From the NCBI GenBank assembly GCA_018826905.1, contig JAHJYC010000004.1, positions 207,988-271,987 of the forward strand: a stretch of DNA of 64,000 nt. The letters run 5' to 3'. Source of the DNA: Patescibacteria group bacterium (GTDB lineage Bacteria > Patescibacteriota > Minisyncoccia > Phycocordibacterales > Phycocordibacteraceae). Shown here piece by piece: positions 9,771 through 18,338 of the stretch. The position numbers were made by a program, and so were the translations under genes. The notes under the pieces were generated by a model. The model had not been told where the DNA came from. It saw only the letters and a program-made list of their open reading frames with translations, and ran no database searches. The first letter of the stretch is position 1. Each line of letters begins with the position of its first letter.

Positions 9771-9798
9771 CAAAAACCGCCTGCGTAGGCGGTTTTTG
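9771..9798. terminator. Intrinsic terminator
   Basis: CAAAAACCGCCT-GCGT-AGGCGGTTTTTG, downstream of CDS 9814..10353(-). Confidence 0.8.
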
Positions 9799-9813
9799 TA
9801 ACAGATGAAGGAG

Positions 9814-10353
9814 TTAGATTGTTAACTGATAGGTTTCTACATTACTTGCACCTGCGTCTTTGAAAATGGTTACTGCCTCATCTTCCTTGTCGGTGTGTGC
9901 TGCAACAAGGACATCACCTGCCTCAACACGGTCTACATATCGCTGAGCGTGTTCTTCAGAAATACCGAGTCGGACGAGACCAGCGAGTATACCGCCTGCC
10001 GCTGCTCCGGTGACTCCACCAGCCGCAGCAGCTCCTACAGCTCCAGTGAAGCCAAGTGCCGCTGCGATTGGGCCCGCTGCAAACAGTGGACCAATAACAG
10101 GAATAATCCCTGCGAAAGCTGCGAGACCCGCAAGGGCACCTACTGTTCCACCAACGGCCGCGCCTTTTCCGGCGCTTTCAGTAACTGTGCTACGAGCAAT
10201 GTCGTCTGCGTCTTCTTCTTTTATCTCCCCTTCAGTATTCCGATACACGTAGGATATGTCATCTGCAGGAACCTTGAGATCGTTATGAAGTTGATTAATG
10301 GCCTTCTCCGCATCTTCACGATTTACAAATGCACCAATGGTAAATGTTTTCAT
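9814..10353 (-). CDS. General stress protein-like membrane protein (Gly/Ala zipper)
   Basis: GAF..AEKAI..L; GAAVGG..GALAG..IPVIGP..AAGP; LGISEE.A..Y...V..GDVLV pattern. Confidence 0.75.
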   Translation of the reverse strand: MKTFTIGAFVNREDAEKAINQLHNDLKVPADDISYVYRNTEGEIKEEDADDIARSTVTESAGKGAAVGGTVGALAGLAAFAGIIPVIGPLFAAGPIAAALGFTGAVGAAAAGGVTGAAAGGILAGLVRLGISEEHAQRYVDRVEAGDVLVAAHTDKEDEAVTIFKDAGASNVETYQLTI

Positions 10354-10490
10354 GTCTGTAAGTAGTTACTTACTAATAGACGCAGTGTACGCAAGAAACG
10401 ATGAACACCTCATTAAATGCATCGTACTTCTCGCTATCGTAAAAGCACACACTTCCTTCACCCTATATTTTTTAGCATTACTTCAACTAT

Positions 10491-11474
10491 ATGCTTCGTC
10501 TACTAGACCGATACCAAGTGCTTATTGCATTTGCAGTGATTCTCACTCTCCTTGCGGCATGGCACTTGAAGTATCTACTCGTCACGCTTTTCGGTAGCTA
10601 TGTGCTTGCCGCATCAATGCTTATACCAACCGAGTGGATTACTAAACGAGGAGTGCCGCGCCCCGGAGCAATTCTCATCTCGTATGGAGGAGCATTGCTT
10701 ATACTTGCCTCTCTTCTAACACTTGTCATAGCTCCCGCAAGCAATGACATTGCTCGCTTTGTGGGCACGCTACCTACCTATCTGAACCAGTTCACAACAA
10801 TGATTGAGCGCCTCGGGTTTGGGAGTATTGATACTGCAAATCTGGTTACCGCCATCCAAACTGAGATTGTACGTATAACAACCGGCTTCGCGAGCGCTGT
10901 GTCTGGGCTCGCGCTCGCACTTATCGTAAGCATCTATCTAGTGAGCGATTGGGAAAGAATCCATAAAGCACTTTCTGAACTTGCGCCCAAAAAGCAGCAA
11001 TCTACCCTGAATTGTTTCTTTGAGCGTTCCCGTCATAGCATCGCATCATGGGTACGTGGCCAACTTATACTCTCGTTCCTTATTGGAGCTCTTTCTTATG
11101 TCGGACTTCTGCTACTTGGTATCCCCTTCGCTTCAGTCCTCGCTATATTTGCAGCACTGCTTGAATTCATACCTGTTATCGGAGCGGTGATAGCTGCACT
11201 ACCCGCACTTATTGTTGCCTTCAGCATCTCCCCACTTGAAGCTCTCTTTGTCCTCATTCTGTACACTGCGATACAACAAGTAGAGGGACAGCTACTTGCA
11301 CCACTTGTTATGAAGCGTGCAGTCTCGCTGCATCCCATCGTTATCATCTTTGCTATACTCGTCGGTTTTCAGGTCCTCGGCATTGTGGGTGCACTTCTCG
11401 CTGTTCCCTTCTTTGCAGTACTTTGGGTTGCAGTCTCTATGTGGCGGGCGCGCGATAAATCAATACCTTCGTAG
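10491..11474 (+). CDS. AI-2E family transporter
   Basis: Multi-TM protein with WVRGQL, LEFIPVIG, QQVEGQLLAP, LHP and GALLAVP. Confidence 0.9.
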   Translation: MLRLLDRYQVLIAFAVILTLLAAWHLKYLLVTLFGSYVLAASMLIPTEWITKRGVPRPGAILISYGGALLILASLLTLVIAPASNDIARFVGTLPTYLNQFTTMIERLGFGSIDTANLVTAIQTEIVRITTGFASAVSGLALALIVSIYLVSDWERIHKALSELAPKKQQSTLNCFFERSRHSIASWVRGQLILSFLIGALSYVGLLLLGIPFASVLAIFAALLEFIPVIGAVIAALPALIVAFSISPLEALFVLILYTAIQQVEGQLLAPLVMKRAVSLHPIVIIFAILVGFQVLGIVGALLAVPFFAVLWVAVSMWRARDKSIPS

Positions 11475-11520
11475 CTTTGCTGGACAAACCTTTCACTAAC
11501 TCCTACTTTTTTTGATTTCA

Positions 11521-11553
11521 ATACAAAAGCCCCTCCGTAAGGGGCTTTTGTAT
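11521..11553. terminator. Bidirectional terminator hairpin
   Basis: ATACAAAAGCCCCT-CCGTA-AGGGGCTTTTGTAT between convergent genes. Confidence 0.8.
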
Positions 11554-11566
11554 AACGCACAATCTA

Positions 11567-11583
11567 GTGGACGTTGTTGGAAC
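11567..11583 (+). repeat. att-like repeat, copy 1 (GTGGACGTTGTTGGAAC)
   Basis: 16/17 identical to 11941..11957; follows a hairpin and ends 2 nt from the stop codon of CDS 11586..11864. Confidence 0.7.
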
Positions 11584-11585
11584 TG

Positions 11586-11864
11586 CTACTCAAGCTCTAA
11601 CTGTATGCCGCCCGTGCGCTTAGCGAGAAAATTGTAAATCCAAGCCGTAACATATCCGCCGATCCATCCCATGAGTCCATAGATCAAGGTCAGGAAGATA
11701 GGAGCAGCGACACCGAATATGACACCCACTACCCCTGACTCTTCTGTGCTGGCGACGAGCGAGATGAACATCATGATAAGACCAAAGATGAGGCCGAAAA
11801 TTGCATACATGAGACCCATGAGCTTAGCCAATGACTTTGGGGATATTCTTTTGAGCGTTTTCAT
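11586..11864 (-). CDS. DUF3566-like small membrane protein
   Basis: LKRI.P.S.AK, two TM helices and IYN.LA...GGI.LELE. Confidence 0.7.
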   Translation of the reverse strand: MKTLKRISPKSLAKLMGLMYAIFGLIFGLIMMFISLVASTEESGVVGVIFGVAAPIFLTLIYGLMGWIGGYVTAWIYNFLAKRTGGIQLELE

Positions 11865-11914
11865 ACTCTAAGCCTAGCATCGAATCATGAATGCGAAACA
11901 TGACCTATTGAAGA

Positions 11915-11957
11915 ACAAGACCACCCGAATGGACGGTCTTGTGGACGCTGTTGGAAC
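11915..11957 (+). repeat. Degenerate copy of the tRNA-Asp terminator fused to att-like repeat copy 2 (GTGGACGCTGTTGGAAC)
   Basis: 11915..11943 ACAAGACCACCCGAATGGACGGTCTTGTG matches 14023..14051 ACAAAACCGCCCATGTGGACGGTTTTGTG at 23/29 positions. Confidence 0.7.
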
Positions 11958-11981
11958 CAGGATTAGAGAGTGGCCGGTCGG

Positions 11982-13043
11982 TCACTGCAACGTAATGGTC
12001 TCAGGAGTGATAATCAAAGGGTTGGGCACACCCTCGTCCTTATACCAAAGCTGTTCAAGCAGCAGAGTGTCTATAAGTGCATACACGTTCTTCCCACAAT
12101 ATTCGCGAGTAAATGTTTTCTCATCACTTGCGCCAAATGCCTGTCGATCTAGGGTCGGCCAGACACTGGAGAAATTCGGCACAAGCTGCGCATGTAGTAT
12201 TCCCTCAATCTCCCACGTGAATAGGTCACATGCACGTCTGAAATCGGATTCATGAATCTCGGCATTAAAATGCTTACCGCTACCATCATAGTCACGAAGG
12301 CCGTACAGGTTATCTGCAAGAGATACACCAGAGGAAAGTTGATGTATACGAAGAAAATGGACTGGAGTACCTGATTCACTACGGTAGTACACATCGCCAG
12401 AGTACGGATCAAATGTGAAGTTTGCAGCGGTAAGATTACTCCCATCCGTTGAATACACTTCAAAGGTTAGCCGCTTGTTAGATAGTGGCGAGATATTGAG
12501 TGATGGGTATGCGTAAGGCGTAGAAACAGTAGTAGATATATCTGACTGTTCAGGTTGTGGTGGCTGGATACTAAACGCAAAGGTAATGTCTTGTTTCGTG
12601 CGCGTGACAAGCGTAAGGTCATACTCTCCCTGAGCAGAAGGGATATCTATTGATACATGATCGTCTAGTTGGCGTGGCGGATTCCCAAAATCAACACCCG
12701 TATAAGTTCGCGGGGCAATTTCAATGCGCGATGAATCGGTTACACTGACACGTACGTTAAGATTCTCAATGCGTGCTTTAGTTTGAACAGTGAGTACGAA
12801 CCTAGAAAGATATCCGTCCTCAATTGGCTCTACTGACACCAACATGGCTTGCATAACAGGTGCCTGTGCATCAGTGTCTTCTGTGCCCTGTATTTTCTTT
12901 ATAGCCTCATCGAACACGAGTCCGAGATCGTTGACTGTGTTACCGGGCATATCCTTTGTGCCCCACCAAAGTCCTAATGCGATGATGAGTACTAAAATCA
13001 GGGAACAAAGAATTATGTAAGGAGCGCCATGCTTTTTCTTCAT
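11982..13043 (-). CDS. Hypothetical membrane-anchored extracellular protein
   Basis: 353-aa ORF with an N-terminal TM helix; TGCTATGCT lies 6 nt upstream of the ATG. Confidence 0.65.
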   Translation of the reverse strand: MKKKHGAPYIILCSLILVLIIALGLWWGTKDMPGNTVNDLGLVFDEAIKKIQGTEDTDAQAPVMQAMLVSVEPIEDGYLSRFVLTVQTKARIENLNVRVSVTDSSRIEIAPRTYTGVDFGNPPRQLDDHVSIDIPSAQGEYDLTLVTRTKQDITFAFSIQPPQPEQSDISTTVSTPYAYPSLNISPLSNKRLTFEVYSTDGSNLTAANFTFDPYSGDVYYRSESGTPVHFLRIHQLSSGVSLADNLYGLRDYDGSGKHFNAEIHESDFRRACDLFTWEIEGILHAQLVPNFSSVWPTLDRQAFGASDEKTFTREYCGKNVYALIDTLLLEQLWYKDEGVPNPLIITPETITLQ

Positions 13044-13125
13044 GAAGAAAGCATAGCACTAGTTCACAGCTACTTAGACCGAAATACAGAATCGCTCATT
13101 TGGCGCTCCTACAGTGCGTGCCCTT

Positions 13126-13142
13126 ATGGACGCTGTTGGGAG
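13126..13142 (+). repeat. att-like repeat, copy 3 (ATGGACGCTGTTGGGAG)
   Basis: The 13-nt core TGGACGCTGTTGG is identical to copy 2; intergenic. Confidence 0.6.
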
Positions 13143-13173
13143 CACTCTACGCCTGTGATGCTATGCTGTTCTC

Positions 13174-14013
13174 GTGTCAGCCCTCATTCTCGTTTTTCTT
13201 TCAAGTCTCTTCCGCGAGGTCAGCGTATCGATTGGCAAGCGCCAGGTAGCGAATCATACAGAATCTCTCTATGGGATGGGTTTTCTCGGTGCAATATGGA
13301 GCACTCTATTCTTCATAGGCATAGCAGTGTTCTCGTCTACCAATCTCGTTTTTCTTCCGGAAAGCCTGCCGACATTTATCCTTCGCGCGGTCTTTGAAAT
13401 CATTCTGCTCTTCGTTGTTCTTCATGCCATTAAGGACGCTGACAGGAGCACGCTCAGCTCACTGCGCGTCCTAACGATCCCTCTTCTGCTTCTGGTCGAT
13501 ATCACGCTCGGCTACGCAATGTCAGCAATGCAAATGGCAGGGGTACTGCTACTTATGGCGTCGGCAGCTATCATTCTATTCAAGGTCCCTTCTCTTGCTT
13601 CGAAAGGAAAGATTATGGCACTGACGTCTGCAGTTCTCGCAGTTATCACTATCTCCCTCTATAAGTACGACATCACGAACTTTAATTCGGTAGAAGCAGA
13701 GCAGGGACTGATGTACTTCATCCTTCTTATTGCACTTCTTATCGGTTCAATAGTACAAGGTCATGAGAACGTATTCAGATATCTGTTGCGCCCAGTGTGT
13801 CTCTTCCAATCCATTACTGCAGCTGCAGCTGCAGTCTTCCATTCCTTTGCGTATGTATTCATGCCTGCGTCAGTCATACTTGCACTATCCCGCTCAAGCG
13901 AAGTGTTCTTGTCTATGATCTCAGGTCGTCTATATTTCCATGAAGCCGGGCTGCTCTCCCGAGCAGTTGCGTTCTTACTTATTATTGCAGGCATCACCCT
14001 TTGCGTTCTGTAG
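13174..14013 (+). CDS. DMT/EamA-like membrane transporter
   Basis: About 10 TM helices in two repeats, with GRLYFHE near the C-terminus; GTG start 6 nt after TGCTATGCT. Confidence 0.7.
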   Translation: MSALILVFLSSLFREVSVSIGKRQVANHTESLYGMGFLGAIWSTLFFIGIAVFSSTNLVFLPESLPTFILRAVFEIILLFVVLHAIKDADRSTLSSLRVLTIPLLLLVDITLGYAMSAMQMAGVLLLMASAAIILFKVPSLASKGKIMALTSAVLAVITISLYKYDITNFNSVEAEQGLMYFILLIALLIGSIVQGHENVFRYLLRPVCLFQSITAAAAAVFHSFAYVFMPASVILALSRSSEVFLSMISGRLYFHEAGLLSRAVAFLLIIAGITLCVL

Positions 14014-14020
14014 ACGCAAA

Positions 14021-14051
14021 ACACAAAACCGCCCATGTGGACGGTTTTGTG
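14021..14051. terminator. Terminator hairpin downstream of tRNA-Asp
   Basis: CACAAAACCGCCC-ATGT-GGACGGTTTTGTG. Confidence 0.75.
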
Positions 14052-14056
14052 ATCTG

Positions 14057-14130
14057 CGCGGTCGACGAGACTTGAACTCGCAACCTCCCGCGTGACAGGC
14101 GGGTGCTCTAACCAGTTGAGCTACGACCGC
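14057..14130 (-). tRNA. tRNA-Asp(GTC)
   Basis: Reverse complement GCGGTCGTAGCTCAACTGGTTAGAGCA-CCCGC-CTGTCAC-GCGGG...GCGAGTTCAAGTCTCGT-CGACCGC-G. Confidence 0.96.
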
Positions 14131-14189
14131 AGATATAGCGCACGGCACCGATAGAATATAGCCTGTTTCCAGACCTAAGACAACTCGTG

Positions 14190-14263
14190 TGCTGGCGGGA
14201 GGACTTGCACCTCCGACCTTAGGTTTATGAGTCCTATGCTCTAACTACCTGAGCTACGCCAGC
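14190..14263 (-). tRNA. tRNA(CAT), probably elongator Met
   Basis: Reverse complement GCTGGCGTAGCTCAGGTAGTTAGAGCA-TAGGA-CTCATAA-ACCTA-AGGTC-GGAGG-TGCAAGT-CCTCC-CGCCAGC-A. Positions 1:72 are paired, so it is not the initiator. Confidence 0.85.
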
Positions 14264-14299
14264 GAATACTACGCACAGTACTATACAGTTCCCCTACGT

Positions 14300-14983
14300 T
14301 CAACGCCCGAGCTCTTTGAGTATCTCCTCAGCACGCCCAATGTCCTCTGGATACCCTACAGGAATCCAGAGAGGCTGCTCTATAACCATGATGGGATGAT
14401 CCTTCCCAAGACTCGCTACGGGGTCCGTGAGGAAATACTCGCCGCTCTCATGACGAGGAGCTGGGTAATCAAAGATACGCTCGTCTAGCATGATCCCTCC
14501 AGTTGAGACGAGATTGCTCGCTGGGTTTTCTGGCTTTTCAACGAGTTGCTTGAGTGTCCCGTCTTCGTGTCGTTCTATAACTCCAAACTTTGAAGGTTCC
14601 GCATGTGGCGCTGCAAGAAGAGAGTATGGGTGTTTAGTAGCTTCCATGAGCGCCTCTGCCCCATGTATGTCGTCCCCATACATAAATAAGAATCTGCCCT
14701 TAAGGAGGGGACGCGCAATAGAAAGAGCGTGCGCTGTTCCTGCTGGCATCCACTGATGTACATACTGAATCCTTCTCCCCGCGTACGAGTCTCCAAGTCG
14801 CTCTCGTATCATCTCGCCCTTATATCCAACAACCACGATAACCTCGTCAACCTCTTCAGGGAGTGCATCAATAATGTACTCAATGATTGGCTTTCCGTTA
14901 ATCTCAATCAACGGCTTTGGTGTGTCTAGCGTCAATGGACGCATGCGCTTTCCTTCTCCTGCGGCGAGTATAACTGCTTGCAT
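14300..14983 (-). CDS. Sugar-phosphate nucleotidyltransferase (NTP_transferase family)
   Basis: MQAVILAAGEGKRMRPLT..PKPL, GTAHA, YGDD and VEKP motifs. Confidence 0.9.
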   Translation of the reverse strand: MQAVILAAGEGKRMRPLTLDTPKPLIEINGKPIIEYIIDALPEEVDEVIVVVGYKGEMIRERLGDSYAGRRIQYVHQWMPAGTAHALSIARPLLKGRFLFMYGDDIHGAEALMEATKHPYSLLAAPHAEPSKFGVIERHEDGTLKQLVEKPENPASNLVSTGGIMLDERIFDYPAPRHESGEYFLTDPVASLGKDHPIMVIEQPLWIPVGYPEDIGRAEEILKELGR

Positions 14984-14993
14984 ATACTTTCTA

Positions 14994-15914
14994 TTACTCA
15001 ATAACAATCGTATTGGTAGCACCAGACCCCTCTGGAACAACCGGCTCAGAAGAAGAAAGCACAACATATACCAACACTCCAAGCACGATAGAGATGATAA
15101 CGAACGCCGCTCCAATAACTTCAATGTATTGCACGCGCGCATGCGCAATAAGCGCAATGATCAAGAGAAATACAACCGCACCAAGAAGACCGAGGAGTAA
15201 GTATATGTAGGTATGTGTTGGAGAAGCTGCTACTTGTGACATAAACGAAACGAATTGCGCATCAAGCGTTTCTATTTCAGCTCCCAATACCTGCCCAGTT
15301 CCAGCACCAAGAGATCCAACTCCTCCTCCAAGCGTAGGTCCTGCTCTTGGTGTTGCAAAGAACTGCACTACGAAGGTAGTTTTCTTTCCTTTATATTCTC
15401 CCTCTGCAGTACCAATCCCAATACGGGTGTACTGAGGCTTTACGATATTGGCGCGGTGCGTTGGCGAATTCATCCACGCCTCTTCAACATCCTCTGAATC
15501 CTTAAAATCAACGGCCAGGTTTTCTCCCGCATAGGTGTACGAATAGCCCACTTGATCTAACCAATACCAAGGTGCATTTCCAGAAGGATCAACATGGGAA
15601 AAGTATCCTTTCTCCGCCATATCATTCGCCTTCAATTGCGCGGCCTCAGCTAACAGCGGATCCGGAGTAAGAGCTGCTACTCCATTCTTTTCGCGATCAT
15701 CGTTTGTGAGAGTTGAAAGTACTCCAGGAAGCACTGACGCCATGAAATTCGTCTGCGTGAACACAACAAGTGTCTGCAAGACGTATGCTGCATGGAGAAG
15801 TAGCAATCCACTTATGACAATAGCAACACCTGCTCCTGTGAAAAACAGTGGCTTGTGCCCGTTCCCTGAATGAGGGAGTAGGTAATCCTTAAGTGTCTTT
15901 TTTGGCTGTGCCAT
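14994..15914 (-). CDS. CAP (SCP) domain membrane protein
   Basis: KANDM...YFSH, AGENLA, WMNSPTHRANI and VVQFF motifs; one N-terminal and two C-terminal TM helices. Confidence 0.9.
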   Translation of the reverse strand: MAQPKKTLKDYLLPHSGNGHKPLFFTGAGVAIVISGLLLLHAAYVLQTLVVFTQTNFMASVLPGVLSTLTNDDREKNGVAALTPDPLLAEAAQLKANDMAEKGYFSHVDPSGNAPWYWLDQVGYSYTYAGENLAVDFKDSEDVEEAWMNSPTHRANIVKPQYTRIGIGTAEGEYKGKKTTFVVQFFATPRAGPTLGGGVGSLGAGTGQVLGAEIETLDAQFVSFMSQVAASPTHTYIYLLLGLLGAVVFLLIIALIAHARVQYIEVIGAAFVIISIVLGVLVYVVLSSSEPVVPEGSGATNTIVIE

Positions 15915-15917
15915 GAA

Positions 15918-17444
15918 TTATGCTTCCTGTGCTGCTAAGAGCGCTTGCAATTGTGCGAGAAGCGCAAGCAACTGCGTAAGAAGTGCTAGACGCTCTGTTT
16001 CAGACATCCCTACACTTCCCTGGTTAAGAAGTGCGAGCGTTTGCGGACCAACTCTCCCTGCAGCAGGAAGTCCATGACTTTTCTGATACGCCGCAACTGC
16101 GTTGTATGTTTGGGTTCCATAAAAACCGGTCGCCTCTCCTGCAAAAAATCCTTCTGTCTTTAGAAGTTCTTGTAGCGCAACAACGTCTGAACCAGACATA
16201 CCTGGAGAAAGCTCTACAGCAAAGCGATAGGTAGAGGCACCAAGCACTTCTCCTACAGAACCAGAATCAATTGATCCCCCAGAAGACGAAGAGCTTGAAC
16301 TACGACGTGAGCCTCCACTGCTACCTCCCCCTCCCCCGCCACCCCCAGAACTTGGTGTGGGAGCGGCAACAACCTCTATTGTTCGCGTTACAGGTGTTGC
16401 TTCATTTCCTGCGGCATCTTCAGCTGAGTAGGTAATGAGGTACGTTCCAGCTACAGCAGTATCTACGTCCTCAACTCCTTCACTCGTAACAGCGACATCG
16501 CCGTCATGAGTATCTGTTGCGGTTGCTTCTATATCAGGAAGCACGAGAGCCTCACCCTCTGTAAGAGAAATAGTTGCGTCTCCAAGAAGAGTTATAACTG
16601 GCGCTTCTGTATCAACGATAAATGAAGAGACCTCGAGTGAAATCTTAGTACCAAGTCCGTCAGGCACACGAAGTATACAATCCACGTACTCTCCGTCCTC
16701 TAGCGGCTCAAACACTACTGTGTTTTCTCCAACAATGGCTTCTGTTGTAAGGCTTGTACATTCTCCTTCATACTCAATAGAGCCCGCGAGAGTACTTCTG
16801 AACGAATATTCTGGTGATGAACTATTTGTTACAGCAGGAACTGCGCCAGTCTCAGTTAAAGTTGCGGCAACAATAACTTCTTTGGTTGTTGTTGATGTGT
16901 TACCCGCACGATCAGTCGCACTGTATACAACTTGGTACGTTCCCGCAGCCTCAGGAAGCACGTCCTGAATAACATCCACCTCTCCATCAAGTGCGTCTAG
17001 AGCGGTAAAGTCTCCTGCATCTTCTGTAATAACTGGTGGGGTACTGTCAAACGTAACGCTAAGCAAGGTATCTGTAGTTGGTCCACTTGATCCACCAGGA
17101 AAAATTGTTTGTAACTTAAAGTTATGAACGCCGTCTGTAAAACTCCATCCACCTGGTGTAAGGTCCCCAAACTCCCAGGTTGTATTAGTCAACCATTTAA
17201 CAAGTCCAAGGTGTATTTCATCAGAAGTTCCTTCTGGAGTGGTGACGAGTCGAAAATCACTTAAATAAGCATCTGCGGTACCTACAAAAAAAGTATTGGA
17301 ACTTTTTGAAGTGATGTTGTCTCCCACAACTCCCGTATCGCTCTTTGCAGCAAGTTCTATCGTTGGAAGCACCTCGTCAGCCCTAACAAGAGCGGGGGCT
17401 GAGACAAAAGCAGAAACTAGAACTAGTGAGAGGATAAATCGCAT
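15918..17444 (-). CDS. Secreted surface protein with Ig-like (DUF5011-type) domains and a peptidoglycan-binding domain
   Basis: Signal peptide; DTEAPVITLLG...GTYLITYSAEDAAGN; Gly/Ser linker; GSDVVALQ..L...TGFYG..T..AV..YQ...G.VGP.T. Confidence 0.85.
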   Translation of the reverse strand: MRFILSLVLVSAFVSAPALVRADEVLPTIELAAKSDTGVVGDNITSKSSNTFFVGTADAYLSDFRLVTTPEGTSDEIHLGLVKWLTNTTWEFGDLTPGGWSFTDGVHNFKLQTIFPGGSSGPTTDTLLSVTFDSTPPVITEDAGDFTALDALDGEVDVIQDVLPEAAGTYQVVYSATDRAGNTSTTTKEVIVAATLTETGAVPAVTNSSSPEYSFRSTLAGSIEYEGECTSLTTEAIVGENTVVFEPLEDGEYVDCILRVPDGLGTKISLEVSSFIVDTEAPVITLLGDATISLTEGEALVLPDIEATATDTHDGDVAVTSEGVEDVDTAVAGTYLITYSAEDAAGNEATPVTRTIEVVAAPTPSSGGGGGGGGSSGGSRRSSSSSSSGGSIDSGSVGEVLGASTYRFAVELSPGMSGSDVVALQELLKTEGFFAGEATGFYGTQTYNAVAAYQKSHGLPAAGRVGPQTLALLNQGSVGMSETERLALLTQLLALLAQLQALLAAQEA

Positions 17445-17531
17445 GAAAATAAGTAGGCCAGTAAGCTGTATACGTCTAACTATATAAAGGAATGAGCACT
17501 ATGCAACCCACAAGATGCTAGGATACGAATA

Positions 17532-18338
17532 ATGAAGGTTCTTGGGATATCCCTCCTTTTTCTCTCCCTTTTGCTGTGGACACAAAGCAGTGTCCTTGCC
17601 GCAGGGCTTCCTGCAGGCTTTGCACCCGGTCCAATATGGGTTTCTAAACAATCTCCTTCTGAAGGAGAGCGGATAGAACTCTATGCAGCAGTGTACAACT
17701 CAAGTGATACGTCTATTGAGGGGTCAATAACCTTCCTCGTAGACGATGCTGAGATTGGTTCAGTTCCCTTCTCGCTAAACGATGGGGAGACTAGTATTAA
17801 ATCAGTGGAATGGGTAGCAGTTGTGGGAGCACATAAGATACGTGCCTTCGTAGACACTGCTATAGAACGCAACTCAAAGCAGAAAGCGAATATTGAACAT
17901 GCTGAGGTAGCAAATATTTCTATACACGTAGCAGAAAAGGAACCAGAACCTAAGGTGCTCACTACACTAGATACAGCAGGATCAGCACTTACCAGTGTGA
18001 TTGCCTCAAGTAGCCCCCTCACCTCAAGCATTACTCAGAGCGTAGTACAGACAACCGAATCAATCCGCACTGCTGGAGAAAGTTTCCTCTCGGGCATTGC
18101 AGGCACAAGTACTCCAGCATCCTCGCGTTCTTCTGGAGAGGTGTTGGGTGCAGAAACGTTTGTTGCAGAACCTGAAGAAGAATCCTCTCCTGGATTTATT
18201 GCTCGTATTGCAGAAACACTGCTTCCTATTTTTAGATACCCAGCAATCTTTTATCCAGTCTTTTTAATACTGCTTGGTGCTGTCTTTTGGATACTTGCAG
18301 GAAGGCTTCGCAACCCTGGTAGACGAAGACGTCGCTAA
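17532..18338 (+). CDS. Secreted protein with a CARDB/Ig-like domain, C-terminal TM helix and basic tail
   Basis: Signal peptide, a beta-sandwich-like segment (W...G.H.I.A), then TM followed by RRRRR. Confidence 0.7.
   Translation: MKVLGISLLFLSLLLWTQSSVLAAGLPAGFAPGPIWVSKQSPSEGERIELYAAVYNSSDTSIEGSITFLVDDAEIGSVPFSLNDGETSIKSVEWVAVVGAHKIRAFVDTAIERNSKQKANIEHAEVANISIHVAEKEPEPKVLTTLDTAGSALTSVIASSSPLTSSITQSVVQTTESIRTAGESFLSGIAGTSTPASSRSSGEVLGAETFVAEPEEESSPGFIARIAETLLPIFRYPAIFYPVFLILLGAVFWILAGRLRNPGRRRRR

Noticed and set aside
11887-12255. 122-aa plus-strand ORF
   Set aside because: Mostly antisense to CDS 11982..13043; only the LVDAVGT segment is informative and is treated as a scar.
11567-13142. 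CRISPR array or classical integron attC interpretation of the repeats
   Set aside because: The repeats are 17 nt, spaced 374 and 1185 nt apart around whole genes, with no cas or intI gene and no attC R''/R' box structure.
16270-16350. C-rich low-complexity tract
   Set aside because: It encodes a Gly/Ser linker in a surface protein, not a separate repeat element.
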